This document shows positions 15,001-29,930 of a stretch of DNA of 64,000 nucleotides, piece by piece. The notes beneath the pieces are model-generated. The model ran no database searches. It was not told the DNA's origin and saw nothing but the letters and a program-made list of their open reading frames with translations. Origin of the DNA: Eledone cirrhosa (lineage: Eukaryota); assembly GCA_964016885.1 (NCBI GenBank), contig OZ024741.1, positions 261,888,001 to 261,952,000 of the forward strand, given 5' to 3'. A program made the position numbers and the translations under genes. Position 1 is the first letter of the stretch, and the number at the start of each line of letters is the position of its first letter.

Positions 15001-18000
15001 CTCTGTCAACACCATCCTCTACCCCACCGAGGAAGTCTACCTTGCCTCTGACAACACCATACTCTACCCCACCGAGGAAGTCTACCTTGCCTCTGTCAAC
15101 ACCATCCTCTACCTCACCGAGGAAGTCTACCTAGCCTCTGACAACACCATCCTCTACCCCACCGAGGAAGTCTACCTTGCCTCTGACAACACCATCCTCT
15201 ACGCCACCGAGGAAGTCTACCTTGCCTCTGACAACACCATCCTCTACCCCACCGAGGAAGTCTTCCTTGCCTCTGACAACACCATACTCTACCTCACCGA
15301 GGAAGTCTACCTTGCCTCTGACATCACCATATTCTACCCCACCGAGGAAGTCTACCTTGCCTCTGTCAACACCATCCTCTACCTCACCGAGGAAGTCTAC
15401 CTTGCCTCTGACATCACCATCCTCTACCCCACCGAGGAAGTCTACCTTGCCTCTGACAACACCATACTCTACCTCACCGAGGAAGTCTCCCTTGCCTCTG
15501 ACATCACCATCCTCTACCCCACCGAGGAAGTCTAGCTTGCCTCTGTCAACACCATCCTCTACCTCACCGAGGAAGTCTACCTAGCCTCTGACAACACCAT
15601 CCTCTACCCCACCGAGGAAGTCTACCTTGCCTCTGACAACACCATACTCTACCCCGCCGAGGAATTCTACCTTGCCTCAGTCAACACCATCCTCTACCCC
15701 ACCGAGTAAGTCTACCTTGCCTCTGACAACACCATACTCTACCTCACCGAGGAATTCTACCTTGCCTCAGTCAACACCATCCTCTACACCACCGAGGAAG
15801 TTTACATTGCCTCTGTCAACACCATCCTCTACCCCACCGAGGAATTCTACCTTGCCTCAGTCAACACCATCATCTACCCCACCGAGGAATTCTACCTTGC
15901 CTCAGTCAACACAATCCTCTACCTCACCGAGGAAGTCTACCTTGCCTCTGTCAACACCATCCTCTACCTTACCGAAGAAGATACCTTGCCTCTGTCAACA
16001 CCATCTTCTACCCGACCGAGGAAGTCTACCTTGCCTCAATCAAAACCATCCTCTACCCCACCGAGGAAGCCTACCTTGCCTCTGTCAACACCAACCTCTA
16101 CCTCACCGAGGAAGTCTACCTTGCCTCTGTCAAAACCATCCTCTACCACACCGAGGACGTCTACCTTGCCTCTGTCAACACCATCCTCTACCCCACCGAG
16201 GAAGTCTACCTTGCCTCTGACAACACCATCCACTACCCCACCGAGGAAGTCTACTTTGCCTCTGTCAACACCATCCTCTACCCCACCGAGGAAGTCTACC
16301 TTGCCTCTGTCAACACCATCCTCTACCCCACCGAGGAAGTCTACCTTGCCTCTGTCAACACCATCCTCTACCTCACCGAGGAAGTCTACTTTGCCTCTGG
16401 TGACACCATCCTCTACCTCACCGAAGAAGACTACCTTGCCTCTGTCAACACCTTCCTCTACCCCACCTAGGAAGTCTACCTTGCCTCTGTCAACACCATC
16501 CTCTACCCCACCGAGGAAGTCTACCTTGCCTCGGGTTAAACCATCCTCTACTCCAACGAGGAAGTCTACCTTGCCTCTGATGACACCATCCTCTACCCCA
16601 CTGAGGAAGTCAACCTTGCCTCTGATGACACCATCCTCTACCCCACCGAGGAAGTCAACCTTGCCTCTGTCAACACCATCCTCTACCCCACCGAGGAAGT
16701 CTACCTTGCCTCTGACATCATCATCCTCTACCCCACCGAGGAAGTCTACCTTGCCTCTGGTTAAACCATCCTCTACCCCAACGAGGAAGTCTACCTTGCC
16801 TCTGTCAACACCATCCTCTACCCCACTGAGGAAGTCAACCTTGCCTCTGATGACACCATCCTCTACCCCACCGAGCAAGTCAACCTTGCCTCTGTCAACA
16901 CCATCCTCTACCCCACCGAGGAAGTCTACCTTGCCTCTGACAACACCATACTCTACCCCGCCGAGGAAGTCTACCTTGCCTCTGACAACACCATCCTCTA
17001 CCCCACCGAGGAATTCTACCTTGCCTCAGTCAACACCATCCTCTACCCCACCGAGGAAGTCTACATTGCCTCTGTCAACACCATCCTCTACCTCACCGAG
17101 GAAGTTTACCTTGCCTCTGTCAACACCATCTTCTACCTTACCGAAGAAGTTACCTTGCCTCTGTCAACACCATCTTCTACCCCACCGAGGAGGTTTACCT
17201 TGCCTCAATCAAAACCATCCTCTACCCCACCGAGGAAGTCTACCTTGCCTCTGACAACACCATTCTCGACCTCACCGAGGAAGTCTACCTTGCCTCTGAC
17301 AACACCATTCTGTACCTCACCGAGGAAGTCTACCTTGCCTCCGTCAACACCATCCTCTACCCCACTGAGCAAGTCTACCTTGCCTCTGTAAACACCTACC
17401 TCTACCTAACCGAGGAAGTCTAACTTGCCTGTGATAACACCATCCTCTACCCAACCGAGGAAGCCTACCTTGCCTCTGTCAACACCATCCTCTACCTCAC
17501 CGAGGAAGTCTACCTTGCCTCTGTCAAAACCATCCTCTACCACACCGAGGAAGTCTACCTTGCCTCTGTCAACACCATCCTCTACCCCACCGAGGAAGTC
17601 TACCTTGCCTCTGACAACACCATCCACTACCCCACCGAGGAAGTCTACTTTGCCTCTGTCAACACCATCCTCTACCCCACCGTGGAAATCTAGCTTGCCT
17701 CTGTTAACACCATCCTCTACCCCACTGAGGAAGTCAACCTTGCCTCTGATGACACCATCCTCTACCCCACGAGGAAGTCAACCTTGCCTCTGTCAACACC
17801 ATCCACTACACCACCGAGGAAGTCTACTTTGCCTCTGTCAACAGCACCCTCTACCCCACCGTGGAAATCTAGCTTGCCTCTGTTAACACCATCTTCTACC
17901 CCACTGAGGAAGTCAACCTTGCCTCTGATGACACCATCCTCTACCCCACGAGGAAGTCAACCTTGCCTCTGTCAACACCATCCTCTACCCCACCGAGGAA

Positions 18001-18557
18001 GTCTACCTTGCCTCTGACATCACCATCCTCTACCCCACCGAGGAAGTCTACCTTGCCTCTGACATCACCATCCTCTACAACACCGAGGAAGTCTACCTTG
18101 TCTCTGACAACACCATCCTCTACCCCACCGAGGAAGTCTACCTTGCCTCTGTCAACACCATCCTCTACCCCACCGAGGAAGTCTATCTTGCCTCTGACAT
18201 CACCATCCTCTACCCCACCGAGGAAGTCTACCTTGCCTCTGACATCACCATCCTCTACCCCACCGAGGAAGTCTACCTTGCCTCTGACAACACCATCCTC
18301 TACCCCACTGAGGAAGTCTACATTGCCTCTGGTGACACGATCCTCTACCTCACCGAGGAAGACTAAATTGCCTGTGACAACACCATCCTCTACCCCACCG
18401 AGAAAGTCTACCTGGCCTCTGACAACACCATCCTCTATCCCACCGAGGAATTCTACCTTGCCTCTGGTGACACCATCCTCTACATCACCGAGGAAGTCTA
18501 ACTTGCCTCTGTCAACACCATCCTCTACATCACCGAGGAAGTCTACCTTGCCTCTGA

Positions 18558-21500
18558 CAACACCATCCTCTACCCCACCGAGGAAGTCTACCTTGCCTCT
18601 GACAACACCATACTCTACCTCACCGAGGAAGTCTACCTTGCCTCAGTCAACACCATCCTCTACCCCACCGAGGAAGTCTACATTGCCTCTGACAACACCA
18701 TCCTCTACCTCACCGAGGAAGTCTACCTTGCCTCTGTCAACACCATCCTCTACCCCACGGAGGAAGTCTAACTTGCCTCTGTCAACACCATCCTCTACCC
18801 TGCCGAGGAAGTCTACCTTGCCTCTGTCAACACCATCCTCTACCCTACCGAGGATATCTACCTTGCCTCTGACAACACCATCCTCTACCCCACCGAGGAA
18901 GCCTACCTTGCCTCTGTCAACACCATCCTCTACCCCGCCAAGGAAGTCTACCTTGCCTCTGGTGAAAACATCCTCTACCCCACCGAGGAAGCGTACCTTG
19001 CCTCTGACAACACCATACTCTACCCCGCCGAGGAAGTCTACCTTGCCTCTGACAACACCATCCTCTACCCCACCGAGGAATTCTACCTTGCCTCAGTCAA
19101 CACCATCCTCTACTCCACCGAGGAAGTCTACATTGCCTCTGACATCACCATCCTCTATCCCACCGAGGAAGTCTACCTTGCCTCTGGTGACACCATCCTC
19201 TACCCCACCGAGGAAGTCTACCTTGCCTCTGACAACACCATCCTCTACCCCACCGAGGAAGTCTACCTTGCCTCTGTCAACACGATCTTCTACCCCACCG
19301 AGGAAGTCTACCTTGCCTCTGACAACACCATCCTCTACCTTACCGAAGAAGTTACCTTGCCTCTGTCAACACCATCTTCTACCCCACCGAGGAAGTCTAC
19401 CTTGCCTCAATCAAAACCATCCTCTACCCCACCAAGGAAGTCTACCTTGCCTCTGACAACACCATGCTCGACCTCACCGAGGAAGTCTACCATGCCTCTG
19501 ACAACAGCATCCTCTACCCCACTGAGGAAGTCTACCTTGCCTCAGACAACACCATCCTCTACCCCACCGAGGAAGTCTACCTTGCCTCTGACAAAACCTT
19601 CCTCTACCCCACCGAGAAAGTCTACCTTGCCTTTGTCAACACCATCCTCTACCTCACCGAGGAAGTCTAGCTTGCCTCTGTCAACACCATCCTCTACCTC
19701 ACCGAGGAAGTCTACTTTGCCTCTGGTGACACCATCCTCTACCCTGCCGAGGAAGTCTACCTTGCCTCTGGTGAAAACATCCTCTACCACACCGAGGATA
19801 TCTACCTTGCCTCTGACAACACCATCCTCTACCCCACCGAGGAAGCCTACCTTGCCTCTGTCAACACCATCCTCTACCCCGCCAAGGAAGTCTACCTTGC
19901 CTCTGGTGAAAACATCCTCTACCCCACCCAGGAAGTCTACCTTGCCTCTGTCAACACCATCCTCTACCCCGCCAAGGAAGTCTACCTTGCCTCTGGTGAA
20001 AACATCCTCTACCCCACCGAGGAAGCGTACCTTGCCTCAGACAACACCATCCTCTACCCCACCGAGAAAGTCTACCTTGCCTCTGTCAACACCATCCTCT
20101 ACCCCACCGAGGAAGTCTACCTTGCCTCTGACAACACCATACTCTACCTCACCGAGGAAGTCTACCTTGCCTCTGACATCACCATATTCTACCCCACCGA
20201 GGAAGTCTACCTTGCCTCTGTTAACACCATCCTCTACCTCACCGAGGAAGTCTACCTTGCCTCTGACATCACCATCCTCTACCCCACCGAGGAAGTCTAC
20301 CTTGCCTCTGACAACACCATACTCTACCTCACCGAGGAAGTCTACCTTGCCTCTGACATCACCATCCTCTACCCCACCGAGGAAGTCTACCTTGCCTCTG
20401 TCAACACCATCCTCTACCTCACCCAGGAAGTCTACCTAGCCTCTGACAACACCATCCTCTACCCCACCGAGGAAGTCTACCTTGCCTCTGACAACACCAT
20501 ACTCTACCCCGCCGAGGAATTCTACCTTGCCTCAGTCAACACCATCCTCTACCCCACCGAGCAATGCTACCTTGCCTCTGACAACACCATACTCTACCTC
20601 ACCGAGGAATTCTACCTTGCCTCAGTCAACACCATCCTCTACCCCACCGAGGAAGTTTACATTGCCTCTGACAACACCATCCTCTACCCCACCGAGGAAT
20701 TCTACCTTGCCTCAGTCAACACCATCATCTACCCCACCGAGGAATTCTACCTTGCCTCAGTCAACACCATCTTCTACCTCACCGAGGAAGTCTACCTTGC
20801 CTCTGTCAACACCATCCTCTACCTTACCGAAGAAGTTACTTTGCCTCTGTCAACACCATCTTCTACCCGACCTAGGAAGTCTACCTTGCCTCAATCAAAA
20901 CCATCCTCTACCCCACCGAGGAAGTCTACCTTGCCTCTGACAACACCATTCTCGACCTCACCGAGGAAGTCTACCTTGCCTCTGACAACACCATCCTGTA
21001 CCTCACCGAGGAAGTCTACCTTGCCTCTGTCAACACCATCCTCTACCCCACTGAGCAAGTCTACCTTGCCTCTGTCAACACCATCCTCTACCCCACCGAG
21101 GAAGTCTAACTTGCCTGTGATAACACCATCCTCTACCCCACCGAGGAAGCCTACCTTGACTCTGTCAACACCAACCTCTACCTCACCGAGGAAGTCTACC
21201 TTGCCTCTGTCAAAACCATCCTCTACCACACCGAGGAAGTCTACCTTGCCTCTGTCAACACCATCCTCTACCCCACCGAGGAAGTCTACCTTGCCTCTGA
21301 CAACACCATCCACTACCCCACCGAGGAAGTCTACTTTGCCTCTGACAACACCATCCTCTACCCCACCGAGGAAGTCTACCTTGCCTCTGTCAACACCATC
21401 CTCTACCCCACCGAGGAAGTCTACCTTGCCTCTGTCAACACCATCCTCTACCTCACCGAGGAAGTCTACTTTGCCTCTGGTGACACCATCCTCTACCTCA

Positions 21501-24500
21501 CCGAAGAAGACTACCTTGCCTCTGTCAACAACTTCCTCTACCCCACCTAGGAAGTCTACCTTGCCTCTGTCAACACCATCCTCTACCCCACCGAGGAAGT
21601 CTACCTTGCCTCGGGTTAAACCATCCTCTACCCCAACGAGGAAGTCTACCTTGCCTCTGATGACACCATCCTCTACCCCACTGAGGAAGTCAACCTTGCC
21701 TCTGATGACTCCATCCTCTACCCCACCGAGGAAGTCAACCTTGCCTCTGTCAACACCATCCTCTACCCCACCGAGGAAGTCTACCTTGCCTCTGACATCA
21801 TCATCCTCTACCCCACCGAGGAAGTCTACCTTGCCTCTGGTTAAACCATCCTCTACCTTACCGAGGAAGTCTACCTTGCCTCTGTCAACACCATCCTCTA
21901 CCCCACCGAGGAAGTCTACCTTGCCTCTGACAACACCATACTCTACCTCACCGAGGAAGTCTACCTTGCCTCAGTCAACACCATCCTCTACCCCACCGAG
22001 GAAGTCTACATTGCCTCTGACAACACCATCCTCTACCTCACCGAGGAAGTCTACCTTGCCTCTGTCAACACCATCCTCTACCCCACGGAGGAAGTCTAAC
22101 TTGCCTCTGTCAACACCATCCTCTACCCTGCCGAGGAAGTCTACCTTGCCTCTGTCAACACCATCCTCTACCCTACCGAGGATATCTACCTTGCCTCTGA
22201 CAACACCATCCTCTACCCCACCGAGGAAGCCTACCTTGCCTCTGTCAACACCATCCTCTACCCCGCCAAGGAAGTCTACCTTGCCTCTGGTGAAAACATC
22301 CTCTACCCCACCGAGGAAGCGTACCTTGCCTCTGACAACACCATACTCTACCCCGCCGAGGAAGTCTACCTTGCCTCTGACAACACCATCCTCTACCCCA
22401 CCGAGGAATTCTACCTTGCCTCAGTCAACACCATCCTCTACTCCACCGAGGAAGTCTACATTGCCTCTGACATCACCATCCTCTATCCCACCGAGGAAGT
22501 CTACCTTGCCTCTGGTGACACCATCCTCTACCCCACCGAGGAAGTCTACCTTGCCTCTGACAACACCATCCTCTACCCCACCGAGGAAGTCTACCTTGCC
22601 TCTGTCAACACGATCTTCTACCCCACCGAGGAAGTCTACCTTGCCTCTGACAACACCATCCTCTACCTTACCGAAGAAGTTACCTTGCCTCTGTCAACAC
22701 CATCTTCTACCCCACCGAGGAAGTCTACCTTGCCTCAATCAAAACCATCCTCTACCCCACCAAGGAAGTCTACCTTGCCTCTGACAACACCATGCTCGAC
22801 CTCACCGAGGAAGTCTACCATGCCTCTGACAACAGCATCCTCTACCCCACTGAGGAAGTCTACCTTGCCTCAGACAACACCATCCTCTACCCCACCGAGG
22901 AAGTCTACCTTGCCTCTGACAAAACCTTCCTCTACCCCACCGAGAAAGTCTACCTTGCCTTTGTCAACACCATCCTCTACCTCACCGAGGAAGTCTAGCT
23001 TGCCTCTGTCAACACCATCCTCTACCTCACCGAGGAAGTCTACTTTGCCTCTGGTGACACCATCCTCTACCCTGCCGAGGAAGTCTACCTTGCCTCTGGT
23101 GAAAACATCCTCTACCACACCGAGGATATCTACCTTGCCTCTGACAACACCATCCTCTACCCCACCGAGGAAGCCTACCTTGCCTCTGTCAACACCATCC
23201 TCTACCCCGCCAAGGAAGTCTACCTTGCCTCTGGTGAAAACATCCTCTACCCCACCCAGGAAGTCTACCTTGCCTCTGTCAACACCATCCTCTACCCCGC
23301 CAAGGAAGTCTACCTTGCCTCTGGTGAAAACATCCTCTACCCCACCGAGGAAGCGTACCTTGCCTCAGACAACACCATCCTCTACCCCACCGAGAAAGTC
23401 TACCTAGCCTCTGTCAACACCATCCTCTACCCCACCGAGGAAGTCTACCTTGCCTCTGACAACACCATACTCTACCTCACCGAGGAAGTCTACCTTGCCT
23501 CTGACATCACCATATTCTACCCCACCGAGGAAGTCTACCTTGCCTCTGTTAACACCATCCTCTACCTCACCGAGGAAGTCTACCTTGCCTCTGACATCAC
23601 CATCCTCTACCCCACCGAGGATGTCTACCTTGCCTCTGACAACACCATACTCTACCTCACCGAGGAAGTCTACCTTGCCTCTGACATCACCATCCTCTAC
23701 CCCACCGAGGAAGTCTACCTTGCCTCTGTCAACACCATCCTCTACCTCACCCAGGAAGTCTACCTAGCCTCTGACAACACCATCCTCTACCCCACCGAGG
23801 AAGTCTACCTTGCCTCTGACAACACCATACTCTACCCCGCCGAGGAATTCTACCTTGCCTCAGTCAACACCATCCTCTACCCCACCGAGCAATGCTACCT
23901 TGCCTCTGACAACACCATACTCTACCTCACCGAGGAATTCTACCTTGCCTCAGTCAACACCATCCTCTACCCCACCGAGGAAGTTTACATTGCCTCTGAC
24001 AACACCATCCTCTACCCCACCGAGGAATTCTACCTTGCCTCAGTCAACACCATCATCTACCCCACCGAGGAATTCTACCTTGCCTCAGTCAACACCATCT
24101 TCTACCTCACCGAGGAAGTCTACCTTGCCTCTGTCAACACCATCCTCTACCTTACCGAAGAAGTTACTTTGCCTCTGTCAACACCATCTTCTACCCGACC
24201 TAGGAAGTCTACCTTGCCTCAATCAAAACCATCCTCTACCCCACCGAGGAAGTCTACCTTGCCTCTGACAACACCATTCTCGACCTCACCGAGGAAGTCT
24301 ACCTTGCCTCTGACAACACCATCCTGTACCTCACCGAGGAAGTCTACCTTGCCTCTGTCAACACCATCCTCTACCCCACTGTGCAAGTCTACCTTGCCTC
24401 TGTCAACACCATCCTCTACCCCACCGAGGAAGTCTAACTTGCCTGTGATAACACCATCCTCTACCCCACCGAGGAAGCCTACCTTGACTCTGTCAACACC

Positions 24501-25234
24501 AACCTCTACCTCACCGAGGAAGTCTACCTTGCCTCTGTCAAAACCATCCTCTACCACACCGAGGAAGTCTACCTTGCCTCTGTCAACACCATCCTCTACC
24601 CCACCGAGGAAGTCTACCTTGCCTCTGACAACACCATCCACTACCCCACCGAGGAAGTCTACTTTGCCTCTGACAACACCATCCTCTACCCCACCGAGGA
24701 AGTCTACCTTGCCTCTGTCAACACCATCCTCTACCCCACCGAGGAAGTCTACCTTGCCTCTGTCAACACCATCCTCTACCTCACCGAGGAAGTCTACTTT
24801 GCCTCTGGTGACACCATCCTCTACCTCACCGAAGAAGACTACCTTGCCTCTGTCAACAACTTCCTCTACCCCACCTAGGAAGTCTACCTTGCCTCTGTCA
24901 ACACCATCCTCTACCCCACCGAGGAAGTCTACCTTGCCTCGGGTTAAACCATCCTCTACCCCAACGAGGAAGTCTACCTTGCCTCTGATGACACCATCCT
25001 CTACCCCACTGAGGAAGTCAACCTTGCCTCTGATGACTCCATCCTCTACCCCACCGAGGAAGTCAACCTTGCCTCTGTCAACACCATCCTCTACCCCACC
25101 GAGGAAGTCTACCTTGCCTCTGACATCATCATCCTCTACCCCACCGAGGAAGTCTACCTTGCCTCTGGTTAAACCATCCTCTACCTTACCGAGGAAGTCT
25201 ACCTTGCCTCTGTCAACACCATCCTCTACCCCAC
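18558..25234. repeat. Tandem duplication, period 3,328 bp (74 monomers, two of them 44 bp)
   Basis: Matching ORFs are offset by 3,328 (19357/22685, 20482/23810, 20841/24169). Rare variants CCATGCTCGAC, GAGCAATGCTAC, ACAACTTCC and GATGACTCC are shared at the same offset. I saw only three differences (~23406, ~23622, ~24382). Confidence 0.92.
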
Positions 25235-28169
25235 TGAGGAAGTCAACCTTGCCTCTGATGACACCATCCTCTACCCCACCGAGCAAGTCAACCTTGCCTC
25301 TGTCAACACCATCCTCTACCCCACCGAGGAAGTCTACCTTGCCTCTGACAACACCATACTCTACCCCGCCGAGGAAGTCTACCTTGCCTCAGTCAACACC
25401 ATCCTCTACCCCACCGAGGAAGTCTACCTTGCCTCTGACAACACCATCCACTACCCCACCGAGGAAGTCTACTTTGCCTCTGTCAACACCATCCTCTACC
25501 CCACCGTGGAAATCTAGCTTGCCTCTGTTAACACCATCCTCTACTCCACTGGGGAAGTCAACCTTGCATCTGATGACACCATCCTCTACCCCACGAGGAA
25601 GTCAACCTTGCCTCTGTCAACACCATCCACTACCCCACCGAGGAAGTCTACTTTGCCTCTGTCAACACCATCCTCTACCCCACCGTGGAAATCTAGCTTG
25701 CCTCTGTTAACACCATCTTCTACCCCACTGAGGAAGTCAACCTTGCCTCTGATGACACCATCCTCTACCCCACGATGAAGTCAACCTTGCCTCTGTCAAC
25801 ACCATCCTCTACCCCACCGAGGAAGTCTACCTTGCCTCTGACATCACCATCCTCTACCCCACCGAGGAAGTCTACCTTGCCTCTGACATCACCATCCTCT
25901 ACAACACCGACGAAGTCTACCTTGCCTCTGACAACACCATCCTCTACCCCACCGAGGAAGTCTACCTTGCCTCTGTCAACACCATCCTCTACCCCACCGA
26001 GGAAGTCTATCTTGCCTCTGACATCACCATCCTCTACCCCACCGAGGAAGTCTACCTTGCCTCTGACATCACCATCCTCTACCCCACCGAGGAAGTCTAC
26101 CTTGCCTCTGACAACACCATCCTCTACCCCACTGAGGAAGTCTACATTGCCTCTGGTGACACGATCCTCTACCTCACCGAGGAAGACTAAATTGCCTGTG
26201 ACAACACCATCCTCTACCCCACCGAGGAAGTCAACCTGGCCTCTGTCAACACCATCCTCTATCCCACGGAGGAAGTCTAACTTGCCTCTGGTGACACCAT
26301 CCTCTACACCACCGAGGAAGTCTACCTTGCCTCTGTCAACACCATCCTCTACATCACCGAGGAAGTCTACTTTGCCTCTGACAACACCATACTCTACCTC
26401 ACCGAGGAAGTCTACCTTGCCTCAGTCAACACCATCCTCTACCCCACCGAGGAAGTCTACATTGCCTCTGACAACACCATCCTCTACCTCACCGAGGAAG
26501 TCTGCCTTGCCTCTTTCAACACCATCCTCTACCCCACCGAGGAAGTCTAACTTGCCTCTGTCAACACCATCCTCTACCCTGCCGAGGAAGTCTACCTTGC
26601 CTCTGTCAACACCATCCTCTACCCTACCGAGGATATCTACCTTGACTCTGACAACACCATCCTCTACCCCACCGAGGAAGCCTACCTTGCCTCTGTCAAC
26701 ACCATCCTCTACCCCGCCAAGGAAGTCTACCTTGCCTCTGGTGAAAACATCCTCTACCCCACCGAGGAAGTCTACCTTGCCTCTGTCAACACCATCCTCT
26801 ACCCCTCCAAGGAAGTCTACCTTGCCTCTGGTGAAAACATCCTCTACCCCACCGAGGAAGCGTACCTTGCCTCTGACAACACCATACTCTACCCCGCCGA
26901 GGAAGTCTACCTTGCCGCTGACAACACCATCCTCTACCCCACCGAGGAATTCTACCTTGCCTCAGTCAACACCATCCTCTACTCCACCGAGGAAGTCTAC
27001 ATTGTCTCTGACATCACCATCCTCTATCCCACCGAGGAAGTCTACCTTGCCTCTGGTGACACCATCCTCTACCCCACCGAGGAAGTCTACCTTGCCACTG
27101 ACAACACCATCCTCTACCCCACCGAGGAAGTCTACCTTGCCTCTGTCAACACGATCTTCTACCCCACCGAGGAAGTCTACCTTGCCTCTGACAACACCAT
27201 CCTCTACCTTACCGAAGAAGTTACCTTGCCTCTGTCAACACCATCTTCTACCCCACCGAGGAAGTCTACCTTGCCTCAATCAAAACCATCCTCTACCCCA
27301 CCAAGGAAGTCTACCTTGCCTCTGACAACACCATTCTCGACCTCACCGAGGAAGTCTACCATGCCTCTGACAACAGCATCCTCTACCCCACTGAGGAAGT
27401 CTACCTTGCCTCAGACAACACCATCCTCTACCCCACCGAGGAAGTCTACCTTGCCTCTGACAACACCATCCTCTACCCCACCGAGGAAGTCTACCTTGCC
27501 TCAGACAAAACCATCCTCTACCCCACCGAGAAAGTCTACCTTGCCTTTGTCAACACCATCCTCTACCTCACCGAGGAAGTCTAGCTTGCCTCTGTCAACA
27601 CCATCCTCTACCTCACCGAGGAATCTACTTTGCCTCTGGTGACACCATCCTCTACCCTGCCGAGGAAGTCTACCTTGCCTCTGGTGAAAACATCCTCTAC
27701 CACACCGAGGAAGTCTACCTTGCCTCTGTCAACACCATCCTCTACCCCACCGAGGAAGTCTACCTTGCCTCTGTCAACACCATCCTCTACCCCACCGAGG
27801 AAGTCTACCTTGCCTCTGACAACACCATACTCTACCCCACCGAGGAAGTCTACATTGCCTCTGTCAACACCATCCTCTACCCCACCGAGGAAGTCTACCT
27901 TGCCTCTGTCAACACCATCCTCTACCTCACCGAGGAAGTCTACCTTGCCTCTGACAACACCATCCTCTACCCCACCGAGGAAGTCTACCTTGCCTCTGTC
28001 AACACCATCCTCTACCCCACCGAGGAAGTCTACCTTGCCTCTGTCAACACGATCCTCTACCCCACCGAGGAAGTCTACCTTGCCTCTGTCAACGCCATCC
28101 TCTACCCCACCGAGGAAGTCTACCTTGCCTCTGTCAACACCATCCTCTACCTCACCGAGGAAGTCTACC

Positions 28170-29930
28170 TAGCCTCTGACAACACCATCCTCTACGCCAC
28201 CGAGGAAGTCTACCTTGCCTCTGACAACACCATACTCTACCTCACCTAGGAAGTCTACCTTGCCTCTGACATCACCATCTTCTACCCCACCGAGGAAGTC
28301 TACCTTGCCTCTGTCAACACCATCCTCTACCTCACCGAGGAAGTGTACCTTGCCTCTGACATCACCATCCTCTACCCCACCGAGGAAGTCTACCTTGCCT
28401 CTGACAACACCATACTCTACCTCACCGAGGAAGTCTACCTTGCCTCTGACATCACCATCCTCTACCCCACCGAGGAAGTCTACCTTGCCTCTGACAACAC
28501 CATCCTCTACCCCACCGAGGAAGTCTACCTTGCCTCTGACAACACCATACTCTACCCCGCCGAGGAATTCTACCTTGCCTCAGTCAAAACCATCCTCTTA
28601 CCCACCGAGGAAGTCAACCTTGCCTCTGTCAACACCATCCTCTACTCCACCGAGGAAGTCTACCTTGCCTCTGACATCACCATCCTCTACCCCACCGAGG
28701 CAGTCTACCTTGCCTCTGGTTAAACCATCCTCTACCCCAACGAGGAAGTCTACCTTGCCTCTGTCAACACCATCCTCTACCTCACCGAGGAAGTCTACCT
28801 TGCCTCTGACATCACCATCCTCTACCACACCGAGGAAGTCTACCTTGCCTCTGTCAACACCATCCTCTACCCCACCGAGGAAGTCTACCTTGCCTCTGAC
28901 AACACCATCCACTACCCCACCGAGGAAGTCTACTTTGCCTCTGTCAACACCATCCTCTACCCCACCGAGGAAGTCTACCTTGCCTCTGTCAACACCATCC
29001 TCTACCTCACCGAGGAAGTCTACCTAGCCTCTGACAACACCATCCTCTACGCCACCGAGGAAGTCTACCTTGCCTCTGACAACACCATACTCTACCTCAC
29101 CTAGGAAGTCTACCTTGCCTCTGACATCACCATCTTCTACCCCACCGAGGAAGTCTACCTTGCCTCTGTCAACACCATCCTCTACCTCACCGAGGAAGTG
29201 TACCTTGCCTCTGACATCACCATCCTCTACCCCACCGAGGAAGTCTACCTTGCCTCTGACAACACCATACTCTACCTCACCGAGGAAGTCTACCTTGCCT
29301 CTGACATCACCATCCTCTACCCCACCGAGGAAGTCTACCTTGCCTCTGTCAACACCATCCTCTACCTCACCGAGGAAGTCTACCTAGCCTCTGACAACAC
29401 CATCCTCTACCCCACCGAGGAAGTCTACCTTGCCTCTGACAACACCATACTCTACCCCGCCGAGGAATTCTACCTTGCCTCAGTCAAAACCATCCTCTTA
29501 CCCACCGAGGAAGTCAACCTTGCCTCTGTCAACACCATCCTCTACTCCACCGAGGAAGTCTACCTTGCCTCTGACATCACCATCCTCTACCCCACCGAGG
29601 CAGTCTACCTTGCCTCTGGTTAAACCATCCTCTACCCCAACGAGGAAGTCTACCTTGCCTCTGTCAACACCATCCTCTACCTCACCGAGGAAGTCTACCT
29701 TGCCTCTGACATCACCATCCTCTACCACACCGAGGAAGTCTACCTTGCCTCTGTCAACACCATCCTCTACCCCACCGAGGAAGTCTACCTTGCCTCTGAC
29801 AACACCATCCACTACCCCACCGAGGAAGTCTACTTTGCCTCTGTCAACACCATCCTCTACCCCACCGAGGAAGTCTACCTTGCCTCTGTCAACACCATCC
29901 TCTACCCCACCGAGGAAGTCTACCTTGCCT
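28170..29930. repeat. Tandem duplication, period 855-900 bp (19-20 monomers); a third related copy lies near 32.9-33.7 kb
   Basis: AAGTGTAC at 28341/29196 (offset 855) and 33020. CATCCTCTTA at 28591/29491 (offset 900) and 33315. Confidence 0.85.
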
